Of a DNA stretch of 64,000 bases, positions 9,045-19,167 are shown piece by piece. Numbering within the stretch: the stretch's first letter is position 1; every line of letters starts with the position of its first letter. This DNA comes from Candidatus Thorarchaeota archaeon (lineage in GTDB: Archaea > Asgardarchaeota > Thorarchaeia > Thorarchaeales > Thorarchaeaceae), in NCBI GenBank assembly GCA_046758445.1, contig JBHIAE010000004.1, forward strand, positions 1-64,000, read 5' to 3'. Both the position numbers and the translations under genes were made by a program. The notes beneath the pieces were generated by a model. The model was given only the letters and a program-made list of their open reading frames with translations. It made no database searches and had not been told where the DNA came from.

Positions 9045-10256
9045 CTATACAAACATTTCAAGTAGCGCATCCACGCGTGTCCGAATCTGGGCCTCGTTGA
9101 AGAGTCGACTGTCCACCATATCGCCTTCGATGACGACACCAGGCACTCCAGTTCTCTCAGTGACTATCTCTTTGGACACAAGCTGGCCTAAGGAGTATCG
9201 CTTGCAGGAGCGCACAGAGAACATCATGAATCCGTCTAGGTCATACTCCTTGATCAGTTCGCTCATTTTGTCGACCTTTGCTTCAAGGCCCTTATTCAGG
9301 TAGACATTAGAATAGATCTCGACTGCTCCATCAAGGTACGAATCCGTGTCCGCCCCCTGGATTGCGCCAGACCATGCATGTGTGTAAGTGTCCGCAGGAA
9401 ATACGACTCCTCGCTCCGCTAGCCTGTTGAAGAACCGAAGAATGAACCATGGGGGAATGTTGTCCCATAGGAGACGCACCTTCTCTTCACGAATCGCACC
9501 GATGCCCTGTTTCACACGGTCTTCGACCTCGGCAAGCAGTGCCTCGTAGAACTCAGTGCATTGCTTTAGACCACGACTTGAAACCACGGGTGCCATAGTC
9601 AGAAATCGATCTGCGCAGTTCAGTGGACTTGGTTTGTTCCGACAGGCCTTCAGAGACCCGATCCAGAGGTTTGTAGCCTTGCTTGATAGATCGGCCACCT
9701 CCCGAAACTTGTCGTCCTCAAGTGTTGTGTTGAATGTCTTCCCCAGGAACTCCACCAGACGATCAACGCCTTTACGAACGTAGGCTCTATGATGCGGCTG
9801 CTGTTCCTCATCTAGAGGAGGTGTGTCAAGAAGGAAGACAGGGGCTCCAGTCATCTCTGAGATTGCGTCATACCATTTGAGAACTGTTCCGCAGATGTTG
9901 TTACAGGCCAAGAGTGCTTGGGGAGTGGGGAGTGTCCCCATAGGAACTTCATCGGGTCTGTCGGTTGACCCAATGCTTGCTCGAGCATAAGAGCAGAGCT
10001 CCTGAGAGTATCCGAGGTCCTCAGCATACCCGCATACGTCCGGTCCTATCTTCTGTGCACCAATGATAGCTCCCGCTTGTTCAGGATATGTAGGAAAGAC
10101 TCCCATTGCAAGCGGAATCTCAACGGGGAAGCCTGAGGTCACCCAGGCTAGCTTGCCATCCTCACTCGCCGCTGCTGCCTCAAGTCCATGGCGGAATGCA
10201 ATCTGCTGCAGCAATGCTTGGGTTTCCAATCGCCGGTACGGCTTATCTGCTGACAT
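9045..10256 (-). CDS. 2-hydroxyacyl-CoA dehydratase subunit (HgdA/HadB/FldB-like, HGD-D family)
   Basis: YPE, GYSQELCSYAR, NNICGTVLKWY, RSCK and EGDMVDSR motifs; start ATG at 10256. Confidence 0.88.
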   Translation of the reverse strand: MSADKPYRRLETQALLQQIAFRHGLEAAAASEDGKLAWVTSGFPVEIPLAMGVFPTYPEQAGAIIGAQKIGPDVCGYAEDLGYSQELCSYARASIGSTDRPDEVPMGTLPTPQALLACNNICGTVLKWYDAISEMTGAPVFLLDTPPLDEEQQPHHRAYVRKGVDRLVEFLGKTFNTTLEDDKFREVADLSSKATNLWIGSLKACRNKPSPLNCADRFLTMAPVVSSRGLKQCTEFYEALLAEVEDRVKQGIGAIREEKVRLLWDNIPPWFILRFFNRLAERGVVFPADTYTHAWSGAIQGADTDSYLDGAVEIYSNVYLNKGLEAKVDKMSELIKEYDLDGFMMFSVRSCKRYSLGQLVSKEIVTERTGVPGVVIEGDMVDSRLFNEAQIRTRVDALLEMFV

Positions 10257-10269
10257 TACTCTTACTCCT

Positions 10270-11469
10270 TCATTTGCTCTCGAGCGTTTCAATAAATGTC
10301 TGTATGCGACCCTCAAGTCTAGCACGATCTGACAATTCTGGGTCGATAGGTAGCTTCACAGTTGCGACACCCACTTCCTTAGCTGCTCTTTCAAGTGAGG
10401 GGGCCTCAAACTCATCTGGATCGCAGAATGACTGCTCACATATGATCAGTCCATGAATCGATAGCTTGGTCAAGATTGCCCTTAGAAAGGCTGTGCGTTC
10501 TGGAAGACCTTCCTGCGTTGGCTCACCCGGAGCTCCAAGTATTGAACGTGCCGCATTGTCAAACGGGTCGCCCCGCGTACTGACTGGTGGTGCGAAGACT
10601 GTCTTGAAGCCAAATGAGAGCAAGTCAAGTACAAGCGCCGAATCGGTGAATCCCTGAACACCGTTGACAAGTCCGGCAATTGTGCTTGGCTCAATCATTC
10701 CTCCGATGACAGCGATTCTTGGGCGAGTGTCCTCGAATTGTACCGTTAGACCTTCAAGATTCTGGCTGAGAAGTGCGTTCTTGAGCTTCTCTGGAGCACC
10801 CGAAAGTCCCTCCTCAATGCTCGCAGATGCGGCGGCCAGTTCCCTTTCAATCCTATCTAACCCAGTATTGGTCGGGGAGGTCAAGAGATCGCCAACGAGC
10901 TCATACAGAGTATCACGAGAAACAAGGCTGGGTTGGATGAGTCTTGTTGCATAGAGTAATTGAAGACCATCTCTGATTCTCCGAATCAGAGTGGCTGCAT
11001 CTTTGAAGGCGTCCTCGGAGAACGTGGTGCCATAGTTGGCTGAAAGCGTCCTGGATAGAGTCCTAATCTCTTCCGCAAGGAACTGAACAGCGGACTCCTT
11101 TGGCTTTCCTGCAGGGTACGTAAGCCGAAACACACTATCCCCAGGAAACCGTAATCGCCAGACATCTCCAACATTCTGCAGAGCATCACAGGTATTCCCC
11201 GGGAATACAATCCCTGCCAGCTGAGGTAGACTATCATTGACCCTCTGGCTGAAGAGGTTTCGAGTGAGCGCGCAAGAGAATGTCTGAAGACTTGCCTCGT
11301 ATGCACCAACGATTGATGGACTCGTACGGACAAGTGAGGGCGTCAGTCCATGTGCCAACACAATCTCCAGAGGGAAGTGAGGATATATGTAGCCGAGGAC
11401 TCGCTCTCCAGCGTCTACAAGCTCTCTGAGCACCTGATTGGATTGTTCAATTACCTGTGGATAGCTCAA
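10270..11469 (-). CDS. 2-hydroxyacyl-CoA dehydratase second subunit (HgdB/HadC-like)
   Basis: FPLEIVLAHG, QTFSCALTR, NTCDALQ, SFCDPDEFE and RIQTFIE motifs. Probable TTG start at 11469 (the ORF track extends to 11619). Confidence 0.82.
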   Translation of the reverse strand: MSYPQVIEQSNQVLRELVDAGERVLGYIYPHFPLEIVLAHGLTPSLVRTSPSIVGAYEASLQTFSCALTRNLFSQRVNDSLPQLAGIVFPGNTCDALQNVGDVWRLRFPGDSVFRLTYPAGKPKESAVQFLAEEIRTLSRTLSANYGTTFSEDAFKDAATLIRRIRDGLQLLYATRLIQPSLVSRDTLYELVGDLLTSPTNTGLDRIERELAAASASIEEGLSGAPEKLKNALLSQNLEGLTVQFEDTRPRIAVIGGMIEPSTIAGLVNGVQGFTDSALVLDLLSFGFKTVFAPPVSTRGDPFDNAARSILGAPGEPTQEGLPERTAFLRAILTKLSIHGLIICEQSFCDPDEFEAPSLERAAKEVGVATVKLPIDPELSDRARLEGRIQTFIETLESK

Positions 11470-11732
11470 GCAGACACCCCTCAACTCTCTTTGTTGAGGA
11501 CGAACGAATAGTATCGAATCTCTCTCGTTCGCTTTCTTATTTGTTGTGCTGGAAGCACGCATAGCATGAGTATGGTGAAAGTGGGCATCTTGAAGCCAAG
11601 TTGAGCAAGAATCGAGCAAACAGAAGGAATATCAAGCAGTGTTGCCGTAAAAAGACGTCTATGCCAACTGCACGGCTTCTGGCCTAGTGCGGTGGATGAA
11701 CGAATGAAGAGAGTAATGGAGAGGAAATATCC

Positions 11733-13478
11733 ATGGATGAAATGCTCTGGCACAAACACAAGTGGCCAGAAACCGTAAAGAAATCAATAGAGTATCCTGA
11801 TGAGCCGCTCTATGCAATACTGGACAGGGCAGCAGACAATTATGGCGATGCGACGTCTACGATTTTTAGAGGCGTCACTCGGACCTTTGCGCAAGTCAGG
11901 GATGATGCGAACAAGATTGCCAACTTCTTGACTACCCGCGGGGTTGGTAAGGGCGACCGCGTTGCAATCTTTCTGCCTAACCTACCTCAGTATCCTCCGA
12001 TCTTCTTTGGAATCCTGAAGACAGGAGCGACAGTAGTCACCTGCAATCCGCAGTATAAGGCAGGTGAGTTGAACTTCCAGCTGAAAGATGCCGGGGTGAA
12101 AGCAGTCTTCTGTATGGACCACCCCACGTTCACACCTACAACATATGAGGCAGTCAAAGGGACTGACGTGGATACCGTAGTCGTTTGCGGTACGAAATCT
12201 CAAGTTCCTAGGGCGGTGGGGATAATTGGAGGTCTGCTTGGCAGGATTCCAAAGAGTCCGTACTATGAAGAGGATTCTATCTTCTATGACGACATCATGA
12301 CCGAGTTTGAGGCCAAGGCGCCAGAGGTCACAATAGATTCTGACAAGGACCTGGCACTCATCCTGTACACAGGAGGAACCACAGGCACTCCGAAGGGTGC
12401 TATGCTCACACACAAGAATCTGTATGCAAACGTCAAGCAGATTGACGAGTGGACTCAAATGATACCTGAAGGTGGTGGTGCTCCAGAGAAACTCAAGCCC
12501 CTTGGCGAGGTGTATGTTGGTGCCCTTCCATGGTATCACAGCTATGGTCTCACACTGACAATGGTTGCCTCCTACGATTTGCCAGGGAGTCTAATCTGTA
12601 TACCTGACCCAAGATCTGGAAAGCCCCCAATGTCTGATCTACTCTCAGACATTGAGAAGTACAAGGGCACCATACTACATTGTGTCCCTGCTCTCTACGC
12701 AGGAATTGTGAACCATCCAGAGCTCGGCAAGTACGACCTCTGTAGTATCAAGGCATGTGGTTCTGGCGCAGCTCCACTTCCACCGGAACTGGCCAGAGCC
12801 TTTGAGGCCAGTACTAGCGCGACGCTGTTTGAGGGCTACGGACTTACTGAAACCGCACCGCTCGCGACAGCCAACCCATCTTTGGTGGCCACTCGCAAGT
12901 TCGGTTCGATTGGTCTTCCCATATCAGACACGTACTTGACAGTCGTCGACATGGAAACTGGGAAGAAGGAACTGAAACAGGGTGAGACCGGTGAGATTGC
13001 CATTTCGGGACCTCAAGTGATGCCCGGTTACTGGAACAAACCAGATGAAACCAAGGTGGTCATGAGAAAAATCAAGGGTCGACGTTACTTCCTGACAGGC
13101 GATATTGGCCACATGGACGAAGAGGGCTTCTTCTACATATCGGACCGCAAGAAGGACATGATCAATGTTTCCGGTCTGAAGGCATATCCAAGGGAGATCG
13201 AGGACACCCTTTTTGAGCATCCTAAGGTTGCTATGGCCGCGGTCATAGGACTCCCAAAGGATGATGGAACGACCGATGAGTACGTGAAGGCCTACGTTGT
13301 CCTCAAAGCTGGCGAAACCGCCACTGAGGAGGAGTTCATCAAGTGGTCAAAGGAGAAGATGGCAGGCTACAAGAGGCCAAAGGAGGTCGTCTTTGTCGAC
13401 TCGCTGCCCTTGACTTCAGTAGGCAAGGTTCTGAGAAGAGAATTGCGTGAGGCAGAACTGAAGAAAATGGGTAAGTAG
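11733..13478 (+). CDS. AMP-forming long-chain acyl-CoA ligase (FadD-like), copy 1
   Basis: YTGGTTGTPKG, EGYGLTET, TGDIG, DRKKDMI and VGKVLRR adenylation motifs. Confidence 0.92.
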   Translation: MDEMLWHKHKWPETVKKSIEYPDEPLYAILDRAADNYGDATSTIFRGVTRTFAQVRDDANKIANFLTTRGVGKGDRVAIFLPNLPQYPPIFFGILKTGATVVTCNPQYKAGELNFQLKDAGVKAVFCMDHPTFTPTTYEAVKGTDVDTVVVCGTKSQVPRAVGIIGGLLGRIPKSPYYEEDSIFYDDIMTEFEAKAPEVTIDSDKDLALILYTGGTTGTPKGAMLTHKNLYANVKQIDEWTQMIPEGGGAPEKLKPLGEVYVGALPWYHSYGLTLTMVASYDLPGSLICIPDPRSGKPPMSDLLSDIEKYKGTILHCVPALYAGIVNHPELGKYDLCSIKACGSGAAPLPPELARAFEASTSATLFEGYGLTETAPLATANPSLVATRKFGSIGLPISDTYLTVVDMETGKKELKQGETGEIAISGPQVMPGYWNKPDETKVVMRKIKGRRYFLTGDIGHMDEEGFFYISDRKKDMINVSGLKAYPREIEDTLFEHPKVAMAAVIGLPKDDGTTDEYVKAYVVLKAGETATEEEFIKWSKEKMAGYKRPKEVVFVDSLPLTSVGKVLRRELREAELKKMGK

Positions 13479-13485
13479 CAAAGAA

Positions 13486-13514
13486 GGGGGATCTTCCCCC
13501 GCCCCATCCTTTTT
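13486..13514 (+). terminator. Putative terminator after ligase copy 1
   Basis: GGGGG-ATCTT-CCCCC hairpin followed by a pyrimidine/T run. Confidence 0.4.
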
Positions 13515-13576
13515 CCCCAACAGATATGAGTCACCTAGGCCATAATAGGCGACTAGTCTAGCCTAGTATTTGAGGT

Positions 13577-15340
13577 GTGGATGAAACTATGGATGAGATG
13601 TATTGGCAGAGTGGACCAAGATGGCCGGAGCATGCACGTAGGACGTTGGAGTACCCCAAAGAGCCTCTGTTCGCGATGCTGGACAGAACAGCAGAAGAAA
13701 GCGGCGAACTCCCGTATACGGTGTTCTCGGGTAAGTCCAATACTTATTCAGAGGTTCGAGAGTCTGCAGACCGGATCGCCAACTTCTTGGTCAGCCGAGG
13801 AGTCAAAAAGGGCGATCGCGTAGCATTGTTCCTTCCCAATGTACCTCATTTTCCTCCAGCGTTCTTTGGGGCTCTCAAGGCTGGAGCTAAGGTAGTCACG
13901 TGCAATCCAATGTACAAGGCAAGTGAATTGAGGTATCAGTTGACGGATACAGATGCCGTTGCAATCTTCGCGCTGGACCATCCTGTGTTTACGCCAACAT
14001 GCTATGAAGCCACTAAGGATACCTCCGTCGAAACAGTTGTTGTATGTAGTGTCAAGTCATTCCTCCCAGGGGTCAAGGCGATTCTCGGAGGCTTGCTGGG
14101 AAGGATCCCTAAGAGTCCCTACTACGAGGACGACAAGACCTTCTTCTACGAGGACATAATTGATCAATATGAGCCGAAGGCACCAGATCTCACAATTGAC
14201 CCGGAAGACACAGCCATTCTCATCTACACCGGAGGCACAACAGGAACTCCAAAGGGGGCAGAACTATCACACACCAATCTAGTGTCAAATGTCCTACAGA
14301 TCACTGAATGGGTGTACCTAGAAGCTGAAGATGTTGACAATCCGGGAGGTGTGAGGTATGGAGAAGAGGTCTATGTGGGAGCAGTCCCATGGTACCACAG
14401 CTATGGTCTTACAGTGACTCTCCTGATGGCAACTTGGCATGCTGGCCAACTTGTGTGCGTTCCGGACCCAAGAGCAGGAAAGCCACCACTGACGGACCTT
14501 CTCAGGGAACTACATGATAACAGGGGAACCGTCTTGAATTGTGTGCCTGCGCTGTACGCAGCAATTGTCACCCATCCAGATGTTGGTAAGTACGACCTGA
14601 CTTCAATCACAATCTGCACCTCTGGTGCTGCTCCACTCCCACCAGAACTGGCGAAGAACTGGGAGGAAGTGACTGGAACACTACTGTTTGAGGGGTATGG
14701 CCTGACAGAAACCTCTCCCGTGACTCACACAAATCCAATGAACAGACGCAATCGCAAGTTCGGGTCGATTGGGCTCCCGATATCTGACACGGATTGCAGA
14801 ATAGTCGATACAGAAACCGGGACAAAGGAATTGCCCATTGGTGAAACTGGCGAGATTGCCCTCTCCGGACCCCAAGTGATGAAGGGTTACTGGAAGAAAC
14901 CCGAAGAAACTGCAAACGTGATACGAGAGATCTCCGGAAAGCGCTTCTTCCTCACCGGTGACATCGGACATATGGACGAGGATGGATACACCTACATCAG
15001 TGACAGAAAAAAACAGATGATCATAGTCGGCGGCCTGAAAGCGTATCCGAGAGAGATTGAAGATGTCTTCTTCGAGCACCCAAAGGTGAAGATGGCTGCT
15101 GCTGTGGGGATTCCCAGGAAGGACGACCCCAGCAACGAGTTCGTAAAGGCATATGTCGTATTGAAGGATGGCGAGGAGGCCACATCTGAGGAATTCATCG
15201 AGTGGGCCCGCGACAAGATGACAGGCTACAAGAGACCTAGAGAGGTTGACATAGTAGACTCGTTACCCCTGAGCCAGGTTGGCAAGGTTCTTCGGAGAGT
15301 CCTCAGAGATGAGGAGCTAAAGAAGAGAGGGATGGCGTGA
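13577..15340 (+). CDS. AMP-forming long-chain acyl-CoA ligase (FadD-like), copy 2
   Basis: Same motif set as copy 1; clear tandem paralogue (shared LGRIPKSPYYE and PDPRxGKPP segments). Confidence 0.92.
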   Translation: MDETMDEMYWQSGPRWPEHARRTLEYPKEPLFAMLDRTAEESGELPYTVFSGKSNTYSEVRESADRIANFLVSRGVKKGDRVALFLPNVPHFPPAFFGALKAGAKVVTCNPMYKASELRYQLTDTDAVAIFALDHPVFTPTCYEATKDTSVETVVVCSVKSFLPGVKAILGGLLGRIPKSPYYEDDKTFFYEDIIDQYEPKAPDLTIDPEDTAILIYTGGTTGTPKGAELSHTNLVSNVLQITEWVYLEAEDVDNPGGVRYGEEVYVGAVPWYHSYGLTVTLLMATWHAGQLVCVPDPRAGKPPLTDLLRELHDNRGTVLNCVPALYAAIVTHPDVGKYDLTSITICTSGAAPLPPELAKNWEEVTGTLLFEGYGLTETSPVTHTNPMNRRNRKFGSIGLPISDTDCRIVDTETGTKELPIGETGEIALSGPQVMKGYWKKPEETANVIREISGKRFFLTGDIGHMDEDGYTYISDRKKQMIIVGGLKAYPREIEDVFFEHPKVKMAAAVGIPRKDDPSNEFVKAYVVLKDGEEATSEEFIEWARDKMTGYKRPREVDIVDSLPLSQVGKVLRRVLRDEELKKRGMA

Positions 15341-15342
15341 GT

Positions 15343-16197
15343 CTAGACCCTCTCGAATGTTGCTCTGACTGAGGCCCCACAGTACTTGCATTCTGCCTCT
15401 AGAGGACCCACCCAATCAAGGGAGTCCGGAAACAATGAGGCCGCACAGTTCGGGCACTTCTGTGGCACACGAACTGTTCTGATCTCAGTCCCATCTGTCC
15501 GCTGCTGTCCACGATGCTCATCAGGGATTGCGTAGTCTGGGACGTCCATGGTGAAGTGTCGCATTCTTCGAAGCTGTCGTCCTCTGAACCGTCGTGCCAT
15601 ACGCATAGGGAGTCTGCCACGTCTTCTCAATGAGCTGAAGACGATGATCAGGACGCAGAATACGAATACAAATGGAATCAGAATGAAGGGCATGATCCAG
15701 CCCCAGATATCGAATCCTGGAAAGAAGCCACCATTCGGAGGTCCATGGGCGTCATCGTAAACTCCAATGTCGTAGGACCCACTTGTGTCGCCATAGACCG
15801 AGTTCTCTTGCACTCTGATGTAGATCGTTTCACCTGTACTCAGGTCAAAGTCCGCTGAAGGGAAATGACCCCAACCACTGCCGCTCTCTGCAATGATGTC
15901 AGTGAATGCACTGTCGCGTGCAACTGTTACATTGAGCTCCGAGTCTGAGAGAACAGAGGTGCTCGCAACCACCGTCCAGTGTCCCGCTGTGAGAGTCACA
16001 GAGTAGTCGTTAGGTGCATAGAACGAGTCTTCCCTTCCCCAGATGAACTCGCCCTCTTTGACCTCGTTAGGTATAAGGCTGGTCTGAGCAGCTACCGAGC
16101 TGGCAACGAACAGTACGGTCATGATCAATGCCAAGACGATAAGTGTGAAACGACGGCTGGTCTTCAACCTTCTTTCTCCTGGTGTATCACTCGTCAT
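15343..16197 (-). CDS. Single-pass membrane protein: signal peptide, extracellular beta domain, cytoplasmic Zn-ribbon
   Basis: N-terminal hydrophobic signal, central TM helix followed by an Arg-rich stretch, C-terminal CPNC...CKYC. Confidence 0.7.
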   Translation of the reverse strand: MTSDTPGERRLKTSRRFTLIVLALIMTVLFVASSVAAQTSLIPNEVKEGEFIWGREDSFYAPNDYSVTLTAGHWTVVASTSVLSDSELNVTVARDSAFTDIIAESGSGWGHFPSADFDLSTGETIYIRVQENSVYGDTSGSYDIGVYDDAHGPPNGGFFPGFDIWGWIMPFILIPFVFVFCVLIIVFSSLRRRGRLPMRMARRFRGRQLRRMRHFTMDVPDYAIPDEHRGQQRTDGTEIRTVRVPQKCPNCAASLFPDSLDWVGPLEAECKYCGASVRATFERV

Positions 16198-16309
16198 TCT
16201 ATCATTTAGACTTGACGGGGATGCTCAGAAGGGCTGACTCGTCTTGTGCCTCGAGTTTATTAGGGGCGAGCCGCAGGTGTTGGGGTTACTGTTTGATTGC
16301 ACCTAAGGT

Positions 16310-16927
16310 GTGGTGAAAGGATTGAATTGGAAGAGAATCGGAGCATGGTGCGGCATTTTCGCGGGCATTCAGTTTGTGATCATCACCTTTGGAATCATGA
16401 TATTCTATCCTGAGGGATACTCCTTCCTAGAGAACTCATTCAGCTCGTTGGGCCTGTCTGTCACTCGAGGGATTCCTACGCCTCTGAACTGGTTCATGTT
16501 TGCGACAGCTACCACACTCGCTGGAGCACTCTCAATGCCATTCTGGGTTTCTCTACGTACCCTCTTCACGGAAACGACTCCGTTGAGAGCACTCGGTTGG
16601 CTTGGAACAGTACTGGGACTCATTGCTGGACCCCTTCTGGCGGGGGTTGGTATCTTTGCGGGTGACGTATTCCCTGCACAGCATGGTTTTTCGACCATCT
16701 ACTTCTTCCTGTTGTTTTCTTCAGCGATCATAATATACTCGATTGCGATATTGATCAACAAGGACTACGAGAATGTCTACGCTCTAATCGGGATCATCGT
16801 GGCTATCATCTGTTACACATACGTCTTGGTTCCAGGTTTCGGAACAGCGGCAATGCAGAAGCTAGCAGTATACGCACTTGTCTTGTACTCCGCGTTCCAG
16901 GGATACAAGCTGCTGAAGGTCTACTAA
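16310..16927 (+). CDS. DUF998-like membrane protein
   Basis: YPEGYSFLENSFSSLG motif, GVGIF...H, multiple TM helices. Confidence 0.65.
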   Translation: MVKGLNWKRIGAWCGIFAGIQFVIITFGIMIFYPEGYSFLENSFSSLGLSVTRGIPTPLNWFMFATATTLAGALSMPFWVSLRTLFTETTPLRALGWLGTVLGLIAGPLLAGVGIFAGDVFPAQHGFSTIYFFLLFSSAIIIYSIAILINKDYENVYALIGIIVAIICYTYVLVPGFGTAAMQKLAVYALVLYSAFQGYKLLKVY

Positions 16928-16971
16928 CGGACAGGAAGTAGTGCCGTTCCAGAGGTGGAGTAGTGACTCCA

Positions 16972-17505
16972 CTACTCTCTTCCTACAGGTGACTCCTTGT
17001 GCCTGCGTCCGAGTTCGACATAAAGTTCTGCGCCCATCATGAAGGCCTCTTTCATCCTGTCCGAAACCTCTTTGACTACCTTGCCGGGCATGCCAAGAAC
17101 CAAGCTGTTGTCAGGGATGATGGTATTCTCTGTGACCACTGATGCTGCTCCTATGACACAGTCGTTTCCAATCTTGGCACCTGTGAGAACAACTGCCCCC
17201 ATTCCGATGGCAGTCCGGTCACCTATCTCACAAGCGTGAAGCACGCTGTTGTGGCCAACTGTGACGTAGTCCCCGATTGTAGTCGGGTTGAAGGGAGTGA
17301 CGTGAACCGTGCAGTTGTCCTGCACAGACGACCCCCGACCGATGGTGATCTTATTGAAATCCCCCCTAAGAACTGCAGACTCCCAGATGCTACAATCCTC
17401 TCCTATATCCACGTTTCCAATCACTGATGCTCGAGGAGATATGTATGCTTTCGGATTGATTGTCGGCGTCATGCCTTCAAACTCATAGAGGCCCATATTG
17501 TGCAC
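16972..17505 (-). CDS. Gamma-carbonic-anhydrase-like hexapeptide-repeat protein (PaaY/CaiE family)
   Basis: AVLRGD, QDNCTVH and VTVGHNSVLHAC metal-binding His residues; hexapeptide repeats. Confidence 0.9.
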   Translation of the reverse strand: MHNMGLYEFEGMTPTINPKAYISPRASVIGNVDIGEDCSIWESAVLRGDFNKITIGRGSSVQDNCTVHVTPFNPTTIGDYVTVGHNSVLHACEIGDRTAIGMGAVVLTGAKIGNDCVIGAASVVTENTIIPDNSLVLGMPGKVVKEVSDRMKEAFMMGAELYVELGRRHKESPVGRE

Positions 17506-17578
17506 CAGAGGCGTCAGTACAACTCATGGTCTTTAAGAGTATTGAAAAGGGGTGCTTCACCGAGAGTTTCGGATAACA

Positions 17579-18121
17579 TTGCCTGTCACCCCTCTACACT
17601 ATCCAGTTGGTTTCGCCCTCTCGAAATCAAGCAAGCGACTCTCTCTGCCCGGTCTTGTTGTCGGTTCGTTCATTCCAGACCTTGAAGTGCCCATCATGTG
17701 GTTCCTATTTCCTAGTCTTCCCGACCACCTAGTGCTTCACAGTCTGTTGGGCGTTGGGACTCTTGGAACCTTGGCGGCTGTCCTAATTACCAGATTCCTA
17801 TATGCCCCTATCATCTCCACCATATTCAAGGTCGATAGAAACCAACTTAAAGAGGCCTGCAGACTCACCCCAGCTCTTGTGCTCTCATGTATGATCGGTG
17901 CAGTTCTCCATCTGATACTTGACATCCCAATGCACCCTTACAATCCTGTACTGTGGCCTTGGGTCAATCCCGGCCAAGTTGTCGGCTTCCTCTTCGTTCT
18001 CTATGGATTTGAAGTGGCAAATCTCATACTGAATGTGATAATGGGGATTGCTGGACTGTTGATCCTGCTCAAATCCCTGAGCGATGACCTCTGGAAGAAG
18101 ATCTGGATGGGCGACACCTGA
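17579..18121 (+). CDS. DUF4184-like membrane protein (putative metal-dependent hydrolase)
   Basis: (M)PVTPLH, GSFIPDLE, HSLLG and HLILD motifs; TTG start at 17579. Confidence 0.65.
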   Translation: MPVTPLHYPVGFALSKSSKRLSLPGLVVGSFIPDLEVPIMWFLFPSLPDHLVLHSLLGVGTLGTLAAVLITRFLYAPIISTIFKVDRNQLKEACRLTPALVLSCMIGAVLHLILDIPMHPYNPVLWPWVNPGQVVGFLFVLYGFEVANLILNVIMGIAGLLILLKSLSDDLWKKIWMGDT

Positions 18122-18142
18122 CGTGTTCAATGGCCTAGACCA

Positions 18143-19096
18143 TTATCCTGATCTCTCAACTGGCACAAACCACTCCTCCAGGGAGATCTGTGACTGGGTG
18201 TCCACAATGCTCTCATTTGCGTAAAGTCGGCGAAGGAATTGATTGTAGCCTTCGACGCTCTCTGTACGGACAGTGGCAAACAGATTGTATTCCTCGCTTG
18301 TACGATGTAGATCCCATACCTCCTCCATCTCGCTGATTCTTAGTGCAGTTGGAGAAATGGTGCCGTGTCTTGACTTGATTTGGAGGAAGAACTTGATTGG
18401 GAGCCCGATATGCCTGAACTGAATGTCTACGGAGTAGCCTGCGATTGCACCTCGGCTCTTGAGCCTTCTCATGGCTTTTGATACTGCTGGCTGACTGAGG
18501 GTCGGAGTCATCCGCTTTCCAACCTCGCTCTGGGCAAGAGGGAATGGATTGTCCTCATTCGGAGCATACCTATAGAGTGTCTTCATCAGCTCCCAGTCCT
18601 TGGCCGACACTGGTTCTGGACGGGCCTTCTCTCTCTTCAGGATGAACCCGTGCGTCTTGTACGTCGTCAGCACCTGCACAAGCTGATACTTCTCGGCTCC
18701 TGACTTTGCCACAACCCCGTCAACGTCATCAAGGAAATCTTCGAACTGGCCCTCCCCACGAAACCGGAAAAGTCCAAGGAGAGAGTGTTCTCCCGAGATT
18801 CCGTCCAAGGATTCAAGCTCCGGTATCTGCAGAAGCCCTCTACTCACCGCAAGCTCTCTAGGATTGGTCTTAATGAGTAGCATTGTACTCTTCTCAGGGA
18901 AGACCCGAGCAGGATCAAATACAGTCACGTACGCTTGAATGACCTCGTTTTGAACTAGCCGTCGAATGGCACGAGCGACCCAGTTGCGGCCTTTCCCTAA
19001 TTGCTCAGCAAGACTGGCAAGACTCTCTCTAGAATCACGAAGCAGCCTTTTCAGAAGCTTCTGCTCGCTCTCTGTAATGGATTGCACGGCATGCAC
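18143..19096 (-). CDS. Tandem (double) Lrp/AsnC-family transcriptional regulator
   Basis: Two HTH + RAM repeats (RESLASLAEQLG...IQAY; SQPAVSKAMRRL...IAGY); divergent from ahcY. Confidence 0.8.
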   Translation of the reverse strand: MHAVQSITESEQKLLKRLLRDSRESLASLAEQLGKGRNWVARAIRRLVQNEVIQAYVTVFDPARVFPEKSTMLLIKTNPRELAVSRGLLQIPELESLDGISGEHSLLGLFRFRGEGQFEDFLDDVDGVVAKSGAEKYQLVQVLTTYKTHGFILKREKARPEPVSAKDWELMKTLYRYAPNEDNPFPLAQSEVGKRMTPTLSQPAVSKAMRRLKSRGAIAGYSVDIQFRHIGLPIKFFLQIKSRHGTISPTALRISEMEEVWDLHRTSEEYNLFATVRTESVEGYNQFLRRLYANESIVDTQSQISLEEWFVPVERSG

Positions 19097-19137
19097 AGCC
19101 CACTAGTGCATCTGATTCCGAAACATGATGTAGGATT

Positions 19138-19146
19138 CATATAAAC
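19138..19146 (+). promoter_or_regulatory. Putative TATA box of ahcY
   Basis: CATATAAAC about 25-30 nt upstream of the start-codon cluster GTG/ATG (19168-19177), in the short divergent intergenic region. Confidence 0.45.
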
Positions 19147-19167
19147 AGTATTGGTCAGTCGATTCGT

